Shown piece by piece: positions 36,630-46,776 of a stretch of 64,000 nucleotides of DNA. The stretch is from a virus, in IMG/VR virus record IMGVR_UViG_3300031772_000016, positions 1-64,000 of that record. The stretch is one strand, 5' to 3'. The notes below the pieces were generated by a model. That model made no database searches, was not told the origin of the DNA, and worked only from the letters and a program-made list of their open reading frames with translations. How positions within the stretch are numbered: the stretch's first letter is position 1; each line of letters opens with the position of its first letter. The translations under genes were made by a program, and so were the position numbers.

Positions 36630-38906
36630 ATGACCGGACCAAAAAGTGGAATTACTGCGGACAGAAAAGACACCGTCAAGTTGGGTTTCATTGTAGAGCA
36701 CTACAGCTCTATGTCTCGTGATGAGCTTGCCTCTCACTTGAAAGAGACTCCCCGTTGGATAAAGCGACAAATAAGGCTTCTTAAAGACTCCGGAAGAATC
36801 CAGCCTAAGCGATTAGTCCCCGAGCGTATACTTTCGGAATCAGATTGGACAGATGAAATAAAGCATAAGGCGATCTCTCTCAGGAGAGATCGCCTTATGT
36901 CGACTGGTGCTATTTGTGAGGTGCTTGAAAAAGAGTTTTCTTTTGCCGTACCAGACTATACGTTAGAGTTCTGGTTCAGGAAATTTGGGTGTGAGTCCAG
37001 AAGTAAGCTGGATTGGCTGGAAGAGTTTTTTCCTCCTAATAAAATGATAGAGTTCATAGACAGCGACTACAGAGTAAAGGATATCAGTGATATCATTCTA
37101 AAGACTCATGGAGTATATATATCTGATGATATCGTACAAGAATATCTGCAATCGAAAGGAATAGAGAGTCAGCGAAACAGGCAGGTCAGGTTAGTGCGTG
37201 ACAAAGCTAGTGAATTTTCTAAAGAGTGGTTGAGTGATCAGGTACAGGGTCATGCAGGGTTGTCCGGGTTGACCGAAAAAATGGGTGTGTCTAAAACAGT
37301 GGTGATGAATAGACTGAGAGAAGAGGGACTCAGTCTGATTAAGCATAGAAAAATATGGTCTGATAATTTGGAGACTCTCAGCGATCTTATGGCGGCACGA
37401 CCCCCTATTACAAAAAAGATATCTGAAGAAGATAGACACCAGATGCTTTTGGGATGGTTGCTTGGAGACGGCCATTTAGATTTTAACGGTAGATTAGTTG
37501 TTAATCACTCGCTTGCACAGATAAGCTATTTGTTTGTCAAACATCAGGTGCTGAGGGGCAGCGTGTCTAATATAGTTACTGTACCGTCATCACATTTTTC
37601 GGGAGAGGGAACTCATTTTGGAGGTAAAGAGCAGATAGGGATATCGTGCCCTGGGTTTGAGTCGTATGTTCAATACCTGAACGAGGACGGGTCAAAAAAT
37701 TTTGATAAAATAGTGCGTGAACTTAACGACCTTGGGTGGGCATGCTATTTTATGGATGATGGAAGCTATTTTTTTGATAAGCAAATAATGGCTATAAATG
37801 GTAGATTAGCTGCTGAGTTTGAAAATAGATACCAATTTGGCAGCATAGTGCATGAGCATAATTTGGAGGTGTTCGGTATAAAGCCAGAGTATCTAATACC
37901 TTGTATGTTGTATAAAACACCCGTGGAAAGCAGAAATCTCGGCAATTATTGGGAAACAATATTTCCCGAACTGTTCAACGTGTCTATAAAAGATGATCTG
38001 GATCTTAGCTTCGTGAACAGGCATGTAGCAGAAAATGTGCCTGGCATAATGACCCAGGTTGTGGAGTACTATCACGGTAGAGGGTTTCCTGTGTACCACA
38101 TCGCGGATGTGTATCTTACAAAGGAGTGGGAAAAGCTACAAAAGTTCAAAGCTGATCTGTTGTGGAAAAACGACAATACAATGCGCTATCTGGCTGTGGG
38201 TAATGCTCTATACAAGCATTTCATGCCGCACATGTCTGAGGCGAAGTACAGAAACGTATCCCCAAAGCAAACATTCGATAGCTTTTCTACATTCTTGACC
38301 GTTCTGGAGTATACCCTTAAAACCAAGAAATCCATACTGCCTGATTTTGTGCACGACAACCTCGTGCATTTTAATGGGGGTGTGGTCGGTTTCCCTTGTT
38401 CGGTAGCCAAGGCTGTTACAGATCGGTATTGTCCTGTAGGAGGGTCTGTTGTAGACCCTTGCGCTGGGTGGGGTGGTCGTCTGCTGGGTGTGTCGTCTGC
38501 AGGTAGGTTTTACTACGGATTCGAGCCGTGGGACAAGACCTACGATGGTTTGACTCGTATCATAGCACACTTTGGTCTGAACTCTTCTGTGCAGAAGTCT
38601 GAGTTTGATAGTACCAAAGCACCCCTTCTGTGTGATTTTATCCTCACGTCCCCGCCTTATGTGGATCTGGAGATATACGGTAGACCCTTTAGCAAAAGTG
38701 ACTGGCTGTCACTAATTAAACGCATATTCAGTTATGCAGAGAAGAGCCTTACTCCTGGCGGGTACTTAATACTTAACCTGCCCGGGTATCTTAAAACATT
38801 GTTGCCTCAAACTCTCCTCAAGGAAGCAGCGCCTGTATATTGGAATACATCCTCCAAAGTAAGAACCCTCGATAAAGCGGAATGCCTGTACATCTGGCAC
38901 AGGTAA
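36630..38906 (+). CDS. HTH repeats + LAGLIDADG endonuclease + amino-DNA methyltransferase fusion (paralog 2)
   Basis: MLLGWLLGDGHL and WACYFMDDG; YYHGRGFP; VVDPCAGWGGRLLG; LTSPPYVDLE. Confidence 0.85.
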   Translation: MTGPKSGITADRKDTVKLGFIVEHYSSMSRDELASHLKETPRWIKRQIRLLKDSGRIQPKRLVPERILSESDWTDEIKHKAISLRRDRLMSTGAICEVLEKEFSFAVPDYTLEFWFRKFGCESRSKLDWLEEFFPPNKMIEFIDSDYRVKDISDIILKTHGVYISDDIVQEYLQSKGIESQRNRQVRLVRDKASEFSKEWLSDQVQGHAGLSGLTEKMGVSKTVVMNRLREEGLSLIKHRKIWSDNLETLSDLMAARPPITKKISEEDRHQMLLGWLLGDGHLDFNGRLVVNHSLAQISYLFVKHQVLRGSVSNIVTVPSSHFSGEGTHFGGKEQIGISCPGFESYVQYLNEDGSKNFDKIVRELNDLGWACYFMDDGSYFFDKQIMAINGRLAAEFENRYQFGSIVHEHNLEVFGIKPEYLIPCMLYKTPVESRNLGNYWETIFPELFNVSIKDDLDLSFVNRHVAENVPGIMTQVVEYYHGRGFPVYHIADVYLTKEWEKLQKFKADLLWKNDNTMRYLAVGNALYKHFMPHMSEAKYRNVSPKQTFDSFSTFLTVLEYTLKTKKSILPDFVHDNLVHFNGGVVGFPCSVAKAVTDRYCPVGGSVVDPCAGWGGRLLGVSSAGRFYYGFEPWDKTYDGLTRIIAHFGLNSSVQKSEFDSTKAPLLCDFILTSPPYVDLEIYGRPFSKSDWLSLIKRIFSYAEKSLTPGGYLILNLPGYLKTLLPQTLLKEAAPVYWNTSSKVRTLDKAECLYIWHR

Positions 38907-38915
38907 CTCTCCCGC

Positions 38916-38931
38916 TAATTTTCTATTAATA
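38916..38931 (+). promoter_or_regulatory. TAATA-N6-TAATA motif variant
   Basis: TAATTTTCTATTAATA; preceded by CCCGC like the 18308 copy. Confidence 0.6.
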
Positions 38932-38959
38932 AAGTCTCACAAACAGATTGTGAGGCTAT

Positions 38960-39253
38960 ATGTCCATAGAAATCCAGTATTTCGGTATCACCGGCATGAT
39001 AGGTCCTGGTAGTAATGATTTTCTACCTCTCCTCACCGGCCCTTCCACTGGCGTGGCTGGCGGGTATGACGTGGCTGTGGACCCCATAGACGGCCCTGCT
39101 CAGCGCTACGGTATAGATTTTGGTGTGACCTCATACGGGGGCGCTGCTGCGGTGGCACTAAATATAACGGGGTCCGACCTCAAGGACGTCCAGAATAACT
39201 ACGGTCACGGGGTCACAGGGGTTTTGAATCTGCGTGTAGTCTACAACTACTGA
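38960..39253 (+). CDS. Small xTG-rich putative structural protein
   Basis: GITG, LTG, STG, ITG, GVTG; YGIDFGV...LRVVY module. Confidence 0.65.
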   Translation: MSIEIQYFGITGMIGPGSNDFLPLLTGPSTGVAGGYDVAVDPIDGPAQRYGIDFGVTSYGGAAAVALNITGSDLKDVQNNYGHGVTGVLNLRVVYNY

Positions 39254-39266
39254 TCGTGAGACAATA

Positions 39267-39845
39267 ATGGACGTCAATGTCTCTACAACTAAACTCGCGT
39301 ACATAGATGTGTACCAGTATAGCGTAAAGAAATCCAGTCAGTGTACGTGTCTGGGGTGGGTCAACAGCCCAATAATACCTGATACGAGCCCTCTGGTGCT
39401 CCTGGCGGTAGCTGACCTGTCTGAAGATGTACAAGGTACGGACGCTGCAATCAGGTACGAGATTGTGAAGGACGGCACAGATTACAGGCTCCAATTCTCG
39501 AACTCACTGTCTAAGAAGATCACCAAGACTATAGGCATCAATCTGACTGACGGTAAGTGGCATTTTCTGGGGTACGTGTGTACGGGTAATGGAGTGATGA
39601 TGTACTACGTGGACGGGGTATCACTACCGGTGGAGGATGGGGTCAGTGACGGCGGGGTACTCTACGCGACGGCCTGGTCGCGTAGTGGTCGACAGGGCGG
39701 TGGAGCTGTGTGGTGTCCTTATTTGTATAAAGCTGGTCAGTCTGTGGCTGTATACAACTGGAGATTTGCGTCGAATCTGCAGATACATCAGGGGTGGATA
39801 CAGGAGCTCATGGCGAAAGAAAAGCCTGCATTGGAAACGGTTTAA
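39267..39845 (+). CDS. LamG/concanavalin-like protein
   Basis: DGKWHFLGYV...MYYVDG. Confidence 0.65.
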   Translation: MDVNVSTTKLAYIDVYQYSVKKSSQCTCLGWVNSPIIPDTSPLVLLAVADLSEDVQGTDAAIRYEIVKDGTDYRLQFSNSLSKKITKTIGINLTDGKWHFLGYVCTGNGVMMYYVDGVSLPVEDGVSDGGVLYATAWSRSGRQGGGAVWCPYLYKAGQSVAVYNWRFASNLQIHQGWIQELMAKEKPALETV

Positions 39846-42284
39846 ATGAAACAGATAGTATATGTCGATTCGAGATATGGAAACGACTCTTTCGCGGGTG
39901 ACCTCGACTCTCCGGTCCAGACACTCGCACAGGGTATCGCGCTCGCGTATGAGGGTGGTACTGTCGTTTTGCAGACTGGTACAGGTACCCACCTCCCTGC
40001 TACACTCACCAAGAATCTCACGATAAAAGCAGCCTACGGTGCTACTCCTCTCGTAGACACTATCACGTACACCAACGCTCAGGGTTTATTGGAAGGGCTC
40101 TTTTTTAATTCTAATACGCTCTCCAAAGGCATAGTAGTAAACAACCAGAGTATCGGATCGGTGATAGTACGTGAGTGTCAGTTTAGGGATGTAGATACTG
40201 CCATAGAGATCAATAACGCACAGTACATTAGCATCCATAGAAACTATTTCAAGAATCATAAAAGTGGCGTGAAGATAAACTCAGCACAAGAGGTGTGTCT
40301 AAGCTCGAATGTTTTTGACGGATACCCTATACAGAACAGGTCTGTCGAGGTAGTGTCTTCGGTACGGGTGGATATGTGGGGGAACACTATTTACGGGGCC
40401 TCTGGGGTAGCGTCCGGGGCATCTCCGGATCAGAATCTGCGTATAGTGTACGTGACCCTGACCTCCTTTGATATCCAGTATAAGAGAGTCGCGCTGCCTG
40501 GGTTCGCGTGTGCAGCTCTTAATGGGCAGTATGATGTAGCTGTGAACTCTATAAACGGGTCCTCGTTTTTATATGGCACAGATTATACAGTGAATGCTTT
40601 AGGGTCAATCGTGAGCTGGGATGGAATGGCGCTACAGCAGACTCTGGCAGCTGGGGACGTGCTCAGGGTCATGTATTCTGAGAATCAGGACCCGGGTAGT
40701 GGTGACGCGGTACGGCTATCGAACATAGGAGACCCCAACAGTCGTGTAGATTCTAATAGCATCACCGGCAACACGTATGCGGACACAGCGATCGGCGTAT
40801 TTTTTACTACCCCTGTGAAGATCAGGCACAATAATTTTTATCGGGCTACAAAAGGGTGGGACGGTGGAGTACCCTCAGGGGATACGGGTCTGCAGTGTAT
40901 CACCTCGGATCCTTTGTATAGGGACCCGGCAGCGAGTGACTTCCGTTTATCCTACCAGGGTGTATCAGGTACGTCTCCGAACATAGATGCGGCGGACCCT
41001 GGTCGGTGGGGTAATGTGTACGCTGAGATGGGCGTAGTGAATGTGGGTGGGAAATATACAGGGTCTGTGACAGGTATCCGTAGTAATGTAGCCCCGTTTG
41101 ACAGGAGTCTCGACTATGATTCCTATAACCGTAGCGTGACAGGTATGGTGGGTACTACGGGGGACATCGGGGCGTATGAGTTTAATCAGCATGAGACTGC
41201 GATGGGTAATTACGTAGCAGAGCGTGGGTATGACATAGCTCATGCTGGTACCGCTACCGGTCCGTATGCTACACTCGATAGAGGGTATGCACGAGCGGGG
41301 TCTTTAGATCTCTATGTGGATACTCATTTGGTAGACTGTCAGGTAGGGGTCACGGGTGGGTATACGGGTATCTCTCACGGGACGGGGTATGGTAGGTATC
41401 ACAGTAAAAACATCGTACTGAGTGATAGTGAAATCAAGGTGGGTAGATCTACTGGGGATGATATAGCCTACGTGTACTCATCTTATCCGGCGTATGAGAC
41501 TGGTGCTGTGTATGTGGGTCCGGATAGCGGTACAGGAGTCACTGGGACGTCTGATAATCCATATCGTACGATCGGGGATGCTCTGGGGGCTGGTGGGTCC
41601 GCGGTGCTGGTACGACCGGGTTTCTATCCATCTTTCAGGGGTGTGTCTGGGGTGAGTCTGGCTGGGCTGGCTGAGACTCGGAGTGATAGCATAGGACATG
41701 AGTTCTACAGCACTATGAGTGCGGGGTGGACTGGTACTGGGGCGTATACGACCACACAGCGGGCTATCACATTTACTGGTGAGACGGGTGCTGTGTTGAG
41801 TCTGTTCACGCTGGGGGAGACGGGTCCGGTAGTGGATATCGATCTGCGGTATACTGTGGCTACTCAGGGCTTCGTGTGTGGTGGTATCTCGAATCGGATT
41901 GGTATCACCGATTCGTATGACTCTGTATATGCTACCGTGGATAGGTTAGGTCAGCGTACGATACTGGGGTACTCGTTAGATGGTGTCGTGTACGAGTCGG
42001 CTGCGTCCTATACGGGTGCTTTTTACAATATCAAAACTCGTGTGCGGGTGGTGGGTGGTCAGTACAGGGTCTCGGTGGTCGGGGATGATTTGGATAGGTC
42101 CTACGGCGGTGATTTTGGGGTGACGGGACTGTGGAGGGCGTCGTTTAGGTCGCAGGGTACGGGGATGGTATCCGACCTGTATTTGTACACTGATGTTTTT
42201 AGGGGTGCTACGGGGTCTGTGAGTAGTTTCGGTACGCGTAGGAAAGTGTTTGGGATACTCGGGTCTACGGGCATGCAGCCATAG
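39846..42284 (+). CDS. Parallel beta-helix (pectin-lyase-like) virion appendage protein
   Basis: Three YV-x-x-x-G-x-D/S...G...PYxT cap motifs, N-rich beta-helix rungs, SPNIDA...DIGAYE. Confidence 0.75.
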   Translation: MKQIVYVDSRYGNDSFAGDLDSPVQTLAQGIALAYEGGTVVLQTGTGTHLPATLTKNLTIKAAYGATPLVDTITYTNAQGLLEGLFFNSNTLSKGIVVNNQSIGSVIVRECQFRDVDTAIEINNAQYISIHRNYFKNHKSGVKINSAQEVCLSSNVFDGYPIQNRSVEVVSSVRVDMWGNTIYGASGVASGASPDQNLRIVYVTLTSFDIQYKRVALPGFACAALNGQYDVAVNSINGSSFLYGTDYTVNALGSIVSWDGMALQQTLAAGDVLRVMYSENQDPGSGDAVRLSNIGDPNSRVDSNSITGNTYADTAIGVFFTTPVKIRHNNFYRATKGWDGGVPSGDTGLQCITSDPLYRDPAASDFRLSYQGVSGTSPNIDAADPGRWGNVYAEMGVVNVGGKYTGSVTGIRSNVAPFDRSLDYDSYNRSVTGMVGTTGDIGAYEFNQHETAMGNYVAERGYDIAHAGTATGPYATLDRGYARAGSLDLYVDTHLVDCQVGVTGGYTGISHGTGYGRYHSKNIVLSDSEIKVGRSTGDDIAYVYSSYPAYETGAVYVGPDSGTGVTGTSDNPYRTIGDALGAGGSAVLVRPGFYPSFRGVSGVSLAGLAETRSDSIGHEFYSTMSAGWTGTGAYTTTQRAITFTGETGAVLSLFTLGETGPVVDIDLRYTVATQGFVCGGISNRIGITDSYDSVYATVDRLGQRTILGYSLDGVVYESAASYTGAFYNIKTRVRVVGGQYRVSVVGDDLDRSYGGDFGVTGLWRASFRSQGTGMVSDLYLYTDVFRGATGSVSSFGTRRKVFGILGSTGMQP

Positions 42285-42294
42285 GATGTGACAC

Positions 42295-45072
42295 ATGGCA
42301 CGACCACATAATTTCATGGACAACTATGGGCGTCCAGATTTCAAGCTCCCCTATCGGTGGAACGATGATACGCCCATGTCTCTACCGCTGGCTCCGAAGA
42401 GCGTGCATGCTACCTCGCCCTACATGATAGGTGTGATAGATATCCGGTGGGACAATCCTACTATCTACGCAGAGAATAACGGTCTGCAGGTCCTCGGTGT
42501 GAACATCTATCGTGCGTATGATAGTCCGGAGGCTGCGTATACTCTCTTGAATCCTTCCCCAGTGGGGGCTTTGTACTATAGGGATCAGACTAAAGAGGTG
42601 TTGGTACCGGCAGAGGATCCTATAGCGGGTGGGAGATTCATAGCGGGCACGAATGCTACTGGGGATTGGATCATACACACATACAACAAGCCTATTATCA
42701 TCCCAGGTACCAACGGTGAGATAGCGCAGCACTCAAAGCATGTGGTGGTACAGATAAAGCCTACGGCTATTGATTCTTTCCAGACGGTGCCCGCGTGGCG
42801 GGTGGTCGGGGAGACGGGTGAGGTGTTTCTGATAAACAAGAAAGTCTACAACCACACTACGAATCGGATAGATGATCCGGTGCTCCCGATACTGTCCCAG
42901 GGTGGAGAGGTACGGATAGCGTATACATATATCAGCGGGTGGATACAGACAGACATCAACCGAAAGATTTACTATAAGGTCACCACGGTGGCTTTAGATC
43001 CGGAGACCTCGCAGATTATAGAGACTCCGATGAATCAGGTAGAGGCGGTGAGTCTGTATGATATGGAGCGTATAGATTATATCTGGGCTGAAGCGATACG
43101 TAGGAATCGGTGGATACTGGAGCAGGGTGGGGAGCGCGTGAAAGTGTTTATTCGTAAATGGGCTGGGGAGAGGTGTACGTGTTGGGATGAGCAGTACAGG
43201 CAGGGGAAGAATGACCATCATTTGTGCTTTGCTCCGGGTACTCTAATCAATACTGAGACAGGGTGGCGTGCTATTGAGAGCATAGATGCCGGAGATAAGG
43301 TATTAAGTTCAGACGGATATTATCATAGAGTTAAAGGCACTATATGTAGACCTTATAAAGGAGATATGCTATCTATATTGTCCTCTATCAATACGAATCC
43401 TATAATAGTTACACCAGAGCATCCTTTTCTTGTACTTAGGAGTACTCATACGCTTTATAGCGGTCATAATAGAAAAGCTCTGTGTGGGCCTAAATGTAAC
43501 TCGTTTATCGAGCGTGGTGATGGTAATGCACGGCCCCCGTGTGTTCGAAAACTACCTAGTGGAAGATGGTTGGCTAGGGCACAAATAGGTGGATCTCGTA
43601 ATGAGGGTAGAGTATCTTTGGGGACATATAGTACACGTGAAGAAGCTGTCGAAGCGGTTAATAGATATAAACAAGAGCATTGGAAGCCTGCCCATCGTTT
43701 AGAGTGGGATCAAGCTAAAAATATAGTCAAACGTGATTGGTTAACCCCTCAATGGAATTCTGAGACTAGGGATGTGGATACTATTAAGGTTCCAGAAGAA
43801 TTTTTGAAGAAAGGCGGGTCTGGTCCTGATAGGAAGGGTGCTACTGAATTTGTTGTTGATTCTGAGTTTTTGTGGGTTGTTGGGATGTATATAGCCGAAG
43901 GTAGCAGTAGTAAAAGTCGTAGGGGCAAAAAATATAAAGGTGGGGGAGGATCCATACATTTTTCTCTTCATAAAAATGAAAAAGATTATCAAGAAAGATT
44001 AATTTCCTTTTTTAGACGTTATGGCTATAATCCATCACTAACTATTAGTAAAAAAGTGCAGTCAGCTATTGTCAGTGTTCATAGTGTGACATTACAGGAA
44101 TGGTTTCCAAAATGGCTCGGTTATCTCTGTTACAATAAGCATATACCACAAGAACTGATGTATCTGCCAAAGGACAAGACATGGGAATTAATTAGGGGAG
44201 TATATGATGGAGACGGATTAAAGAGTGATCATGAGATAACTCAAACATCTGAAATTTTGGCTTTACAGTTAGTTGAGCTATTACATAGGGTGGGTGAGCA
44301 GCCCCTAGTAAGAAGACAGATAAGCAATGTATTGACTCCTATAGGTAATAGGAGAAGACCCGCTTATTGTGTTAGCTGGGCTGAAGATAACTTTACTCAT
44401 GGTAGTAGGAAAAGACGTTGGGTTTTTCATGATCGTATTTTAGCGCGTGTTACGGACGTTAAAAAAATTGACTATAAGGGTCCTGTATATAATCTTGAAG
44501 TAGAAGGAGACCCCACTTATATTGTTAATGGGATCACTTCGCACAACTGCTATGGTACGGGCATAATATCTGGGTTCGAGGGCCCTTACGATATTATCAT
44601 CGCTCCTCCCGAGACAGAGAAAACAGTACAGCTAATGGACATGGGTTTACATGTGAATTTCGACTGGAACTCGTGGACTGGTCCGTACCCTCTTCTCAAC
44701 GACCGCGATTTTGTTGTACGTCAGAATAACGATAGATATAGTGTAGCGCACGTGAATCCTCAGGGGGCCCGAGGGGCCATTTTCCAGCAGCATTTCATGT
44801 TGGCTCCGCTGGACCAGCATGACATACGGTACCAGGTGCCCATCAACGGCGGACTCACAGTGCCTGCGTCCTGGAATGCGTACAGAGAGGGTAAGCCATC
44901 TGATGCGAGTCCGACGATACCTAACAAGCCTGGGGTCCCGGATCAGTATGAATTACGTGGCAGGACAGTTACATTTGAAAACATAGTGAGCGTTTTATTA
45001 TTTTCTACAGGAGCTGGAATTTTAACTGAGTTTTTTATGTCTGTTTATCAAGGAATAGGTAGATTCGCATGA
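42295..45072 (+). CDS. Head-closure/neck-like structural protein with intein
   Basis: Exteins rejoin as RCTCWDEQYRQGKNDHHL|CYGTG; FN3-like N-terminal segment (IRWD...GVNIYRA...YYKVTTV). Confidence 0.7.
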   Translation: MARPHNFMDNYGRPDFKLPYRWNDDTPMSLPLAPKSVHATSPYMIGVIDIRWDNPTIYAENNGLQVLGVNIYRAYDSPEAAYTLLNPSPVGALYYRDQTKEVLVPAEDPIAGGRFIAGTNATGDWIIHTYNKPIIIPGTNGEIAQHSKHVVVQIKPTAIDSFQTVPAWRVVGETGEVFLINKKVYNHTTNRIDDPVLPILSQGGEVRIAYTYISGWIQTDINRKIYYKVTTVALDPETSQIIETPMNQVEAVSLYDMERIDYIWAEAIRRNRWILEQGGERVKVFIRKWAGERCTCWDEQYRQGKNDHHLCFAPGTLINTETGWRAIESIDAGDKVLSSDGYYHRVKGTICRPYKGDMLSILSSINTNPIIVTPEHPFLVLRSTHTLYSGHNRKALCGPKCNSFIERGDGNARPPCVRKLPSGRWLARAQIGGSRNEGRVSLGTYSTREEAVEAVNRYKQEHWKPAHRLEWDQAKNIVKRDWLTPQWNSETRDVDTIKVPEEFLKKGGSGPDRKGATEFVVDSEFLWVVGMYIAEGSSSKSRRGKKYKGGGGSIHFSLHKNEKDYQERLISFFRRYGYNPSLTISKKVQSAIVSVHSVTLQEWFPKWLGYLCYNKHIPQELMYLPKDKTWELIRGVYDGDGLKSDHEITQTSEILALQLVELLHRVGEQPLVRRQISNVLTPIGNRRRPAYCVSWAEDNFTHGSRKRRWVFHDRILARVTDVKKIDYKGPVYNLEVEGDPTYIVNGITSHNCYGTGIISGFEGPYDIIIAPPETEKTVQLMDMGLHVNFDWNSWTGPYPLLNDRDFVVRQNNDRYSVAHVNPQGARGAIFQQHFMLAPLDQHDIRYQVPINGGLTVPASWNAYREGKPSDASPTIPNKPGVPDQYELRGRTVTFENIVSVLLFSTGAGILTEFFMSVYQGIGRFA
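43225..44547 (+). mobile_element. Intein (441 aa) with LAGLIDADG endonuclease and AP2-like insert
   Basis: Starts CFAPGT; TPEHPF; VVGMYIAEG and RGVYDGDG; VYNLEVE; ends SHN before Cys. Confidence 0.95.
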
Positions 45073-46352
45073 TTGAAACAATGGGAGATAGATTAAAGCA
45101 ATACAATCATTTGAAAATAACGAAAAGCTGTGACGTCGTTTGTCCTGTGTGTAACAAGCTTTTTGTTAATAGGTACAGTCTTTCAAATCATTTTCTTGTC
45201 CGGGGGTATGCTGAAGGGGCTCAATATATAGACGATGCCCACAAGGACTATTATTTAAAGCAAAAAAATGAAAAGTATACTAAGCATAAAGAAGAGGTAC
45301 AGAATCGTTTGTATGTTAAAAAGTGTATAAGATGTGGAAAAGAGCACGAAGTAGAATATGGTCATAGGTTTCAGAAAAGGTGCCCAGAGTGTGAAATAAA
45401 ATATCCTGTTAGGAAAAAAACACCTACTAACTTGACAAAAACAGGCTATTGCACTAGATGCCAGTTAGAGATGCTGGTTAAAGTAGGCTCAAATAACCAA
45501 GTCTGCGAAGTTTGTCGCACTAAAGAGCAGGAAGTAGAAGCACAGAGAATATTGGCCACTCCTATGCAGGTTTCTTGCTTACACTGTGGTGAGAGTTTTT
45601 ATTACTATCGTAAGCATCTGATGGATAGGACCGCCAGATGCCTGTGTAACAAATGCAGGTCAGACCCTCACCCTTTTAAAAAAGACCCAAAATACGAGAA
45701 AGTTATCTATTTGTTGGAGAGTACTGATTTAACTCGTAGAGAGATAAAAGAGCTGTTAGGACTTGAAGATGATTTCGTTCGGGAAGCTGCTGTGGAAAAG
45801 TTTGGTTGTGAGTGGTATGCTAAAAGAGTTAGCTCTTTTCGTAATAGGGCAGGTCTATCTACTAGCGATAGAATGAGAAAATTTTTTGCTGAGTTAAAAA
45901 AAGATAGTGACAAGTTAGAAGCATTTTTCAAAAACAGGTTTCCTTCTCCTTCTAAACTTGAGATAGGTTTTCGAGATAGTTTGTCTAAGTTAAATATGCC
46001 TTTTGACTCAAATAGCTGGATGACGATAAAGGTTGCTGGGTCTTATGAGAGGCGTGAGGTTGATGTAAAAGTACCTCTTAATAACACGAGCAGGAAATTT
46101 GCGGTGTTTATTGACGGGGAAGCTTTTCACGGTCCAAATGCCTATTTTAAATCAAACTCTGTAGATAAAGAACGAGCGATAACTATAGCTTTCTCTTCTT
46201 TGGGGTATTTCGCTGTTCGTTATTCGGAATCTGAGGTTAAGAGTGGGGCTGCCATAAACCATTTTTTGCTGAAATATAGAGAGTTTGAAAAAAACTTGCC
46301 AGAGTACTATTATCGTAATTGGATGACAGAAGAAGAGGTGGTCAAGTTTTAG
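45069..46352 (+). CDS. Free-standing multi-Zn-finger Vsr/PD-(D/E)xK-like endonuclease
   Basis: Many CxxC pairs; SKLEIGF, EVDV, FIDGEAFHG, GYFAVRYSE; AT-rich; ATGA overlap with the upstream gene. Confidence 0.75.
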   Translation: MIETMGDRLKQYNHLKITKSCDVVCPVCNKLFVNRYSLSNHFLVRGYAEGAQYIDDAHKDYYLKQKNEKYTKHKEEVQNRLYVKKCIRCGKEHEVEYGHRFQKRCPECEIKYPVRKKTPTNLTKTGYCTRCQLEMLVKVGSNNQVCEVCRTKEQEVEAQRILATPMQVSCLHCGESFYYYRKHLMDRTARCLCNKCRSDPHPFKKDPKYEKVIYLLESTDLTRREIKELLGLEDDFVREAAVEKFGCEWYAKRVSSFRNRAGLSTSDRMRKFFAELKKDSDKLEAFFKNRFPSPSKLEIGFRDSLSKLNMPFDSNSWMTIKVAGSYERREVDVKVPLNNTSRKFAVFIDGEAFHGPNAYFKSNSVDKERAITIAFSSLGYFAVRYSESEVKSGAAINHFLLKYREFEKNLPEYYYRNWMTEEEVVKF

Positions 46353-46393
46353 GGTTTAGCTGTAGGAAGTCAACCCTATAAAAGGAGAATTGT

Positions 46394-46753
46394 ATGCTGG
46401 AATTCAATATGGATGACGGATCAGTGTGGCTCGTAGGTAATCTAATTAGTCTGGCAATAACCGCAGCAGCTTTGTACTGTTTATACTACCTGATAAACAA
46501 GCAGAAAGACAAGGCACTGCATATGGCTGTGTCTGCTGTGGGTACTTTTCTGTTCCTGAATGTAGTGTGTCTGGCAGGTTATGGACAGCGATGGTGGTGG
46601 GTAGCTCCTGCTCTGGCTATGATCTTGGGTTTCGGTAAAGAGATATGGGACAAGCTGAATCTTAAAAAGAAGAAGTTCGATTGGATGGATATCCTGGCTG
46701 ATGCGGTAGGTGTCGTGTGGGTGTCGGCTGTGTACTTCATATCTGTCCGGTGA
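46394..46753 (+). CDS. Small multi-pass membrane protein
   Basis: Four hydrophobic segments; DKALH, GKEIWD and FDWMDILADAVG motifs. Confidence 0.75.
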   Translation: MLEFNMDDGSVWLVGNLISLAITAAALYCLYYLINKQKDKALHMAVSAVGTFLFLNVVCLAGYGQRWWWVAPALAMILGFGKEIWDKLNLKKKKFDWMDILADAVGVVWVSAVYFISVR

Positions 46754-46760
46754 TATGCAC

Positions 46761-46776
46761 TAATAATCTTTCAATA
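46761..46776 (+). promoter_or_regulatory. TAATA-N6-TAATA motif variant
   Basis: TAATAATCTTTCAATA upstream of 46826. Confidence 0.6.
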
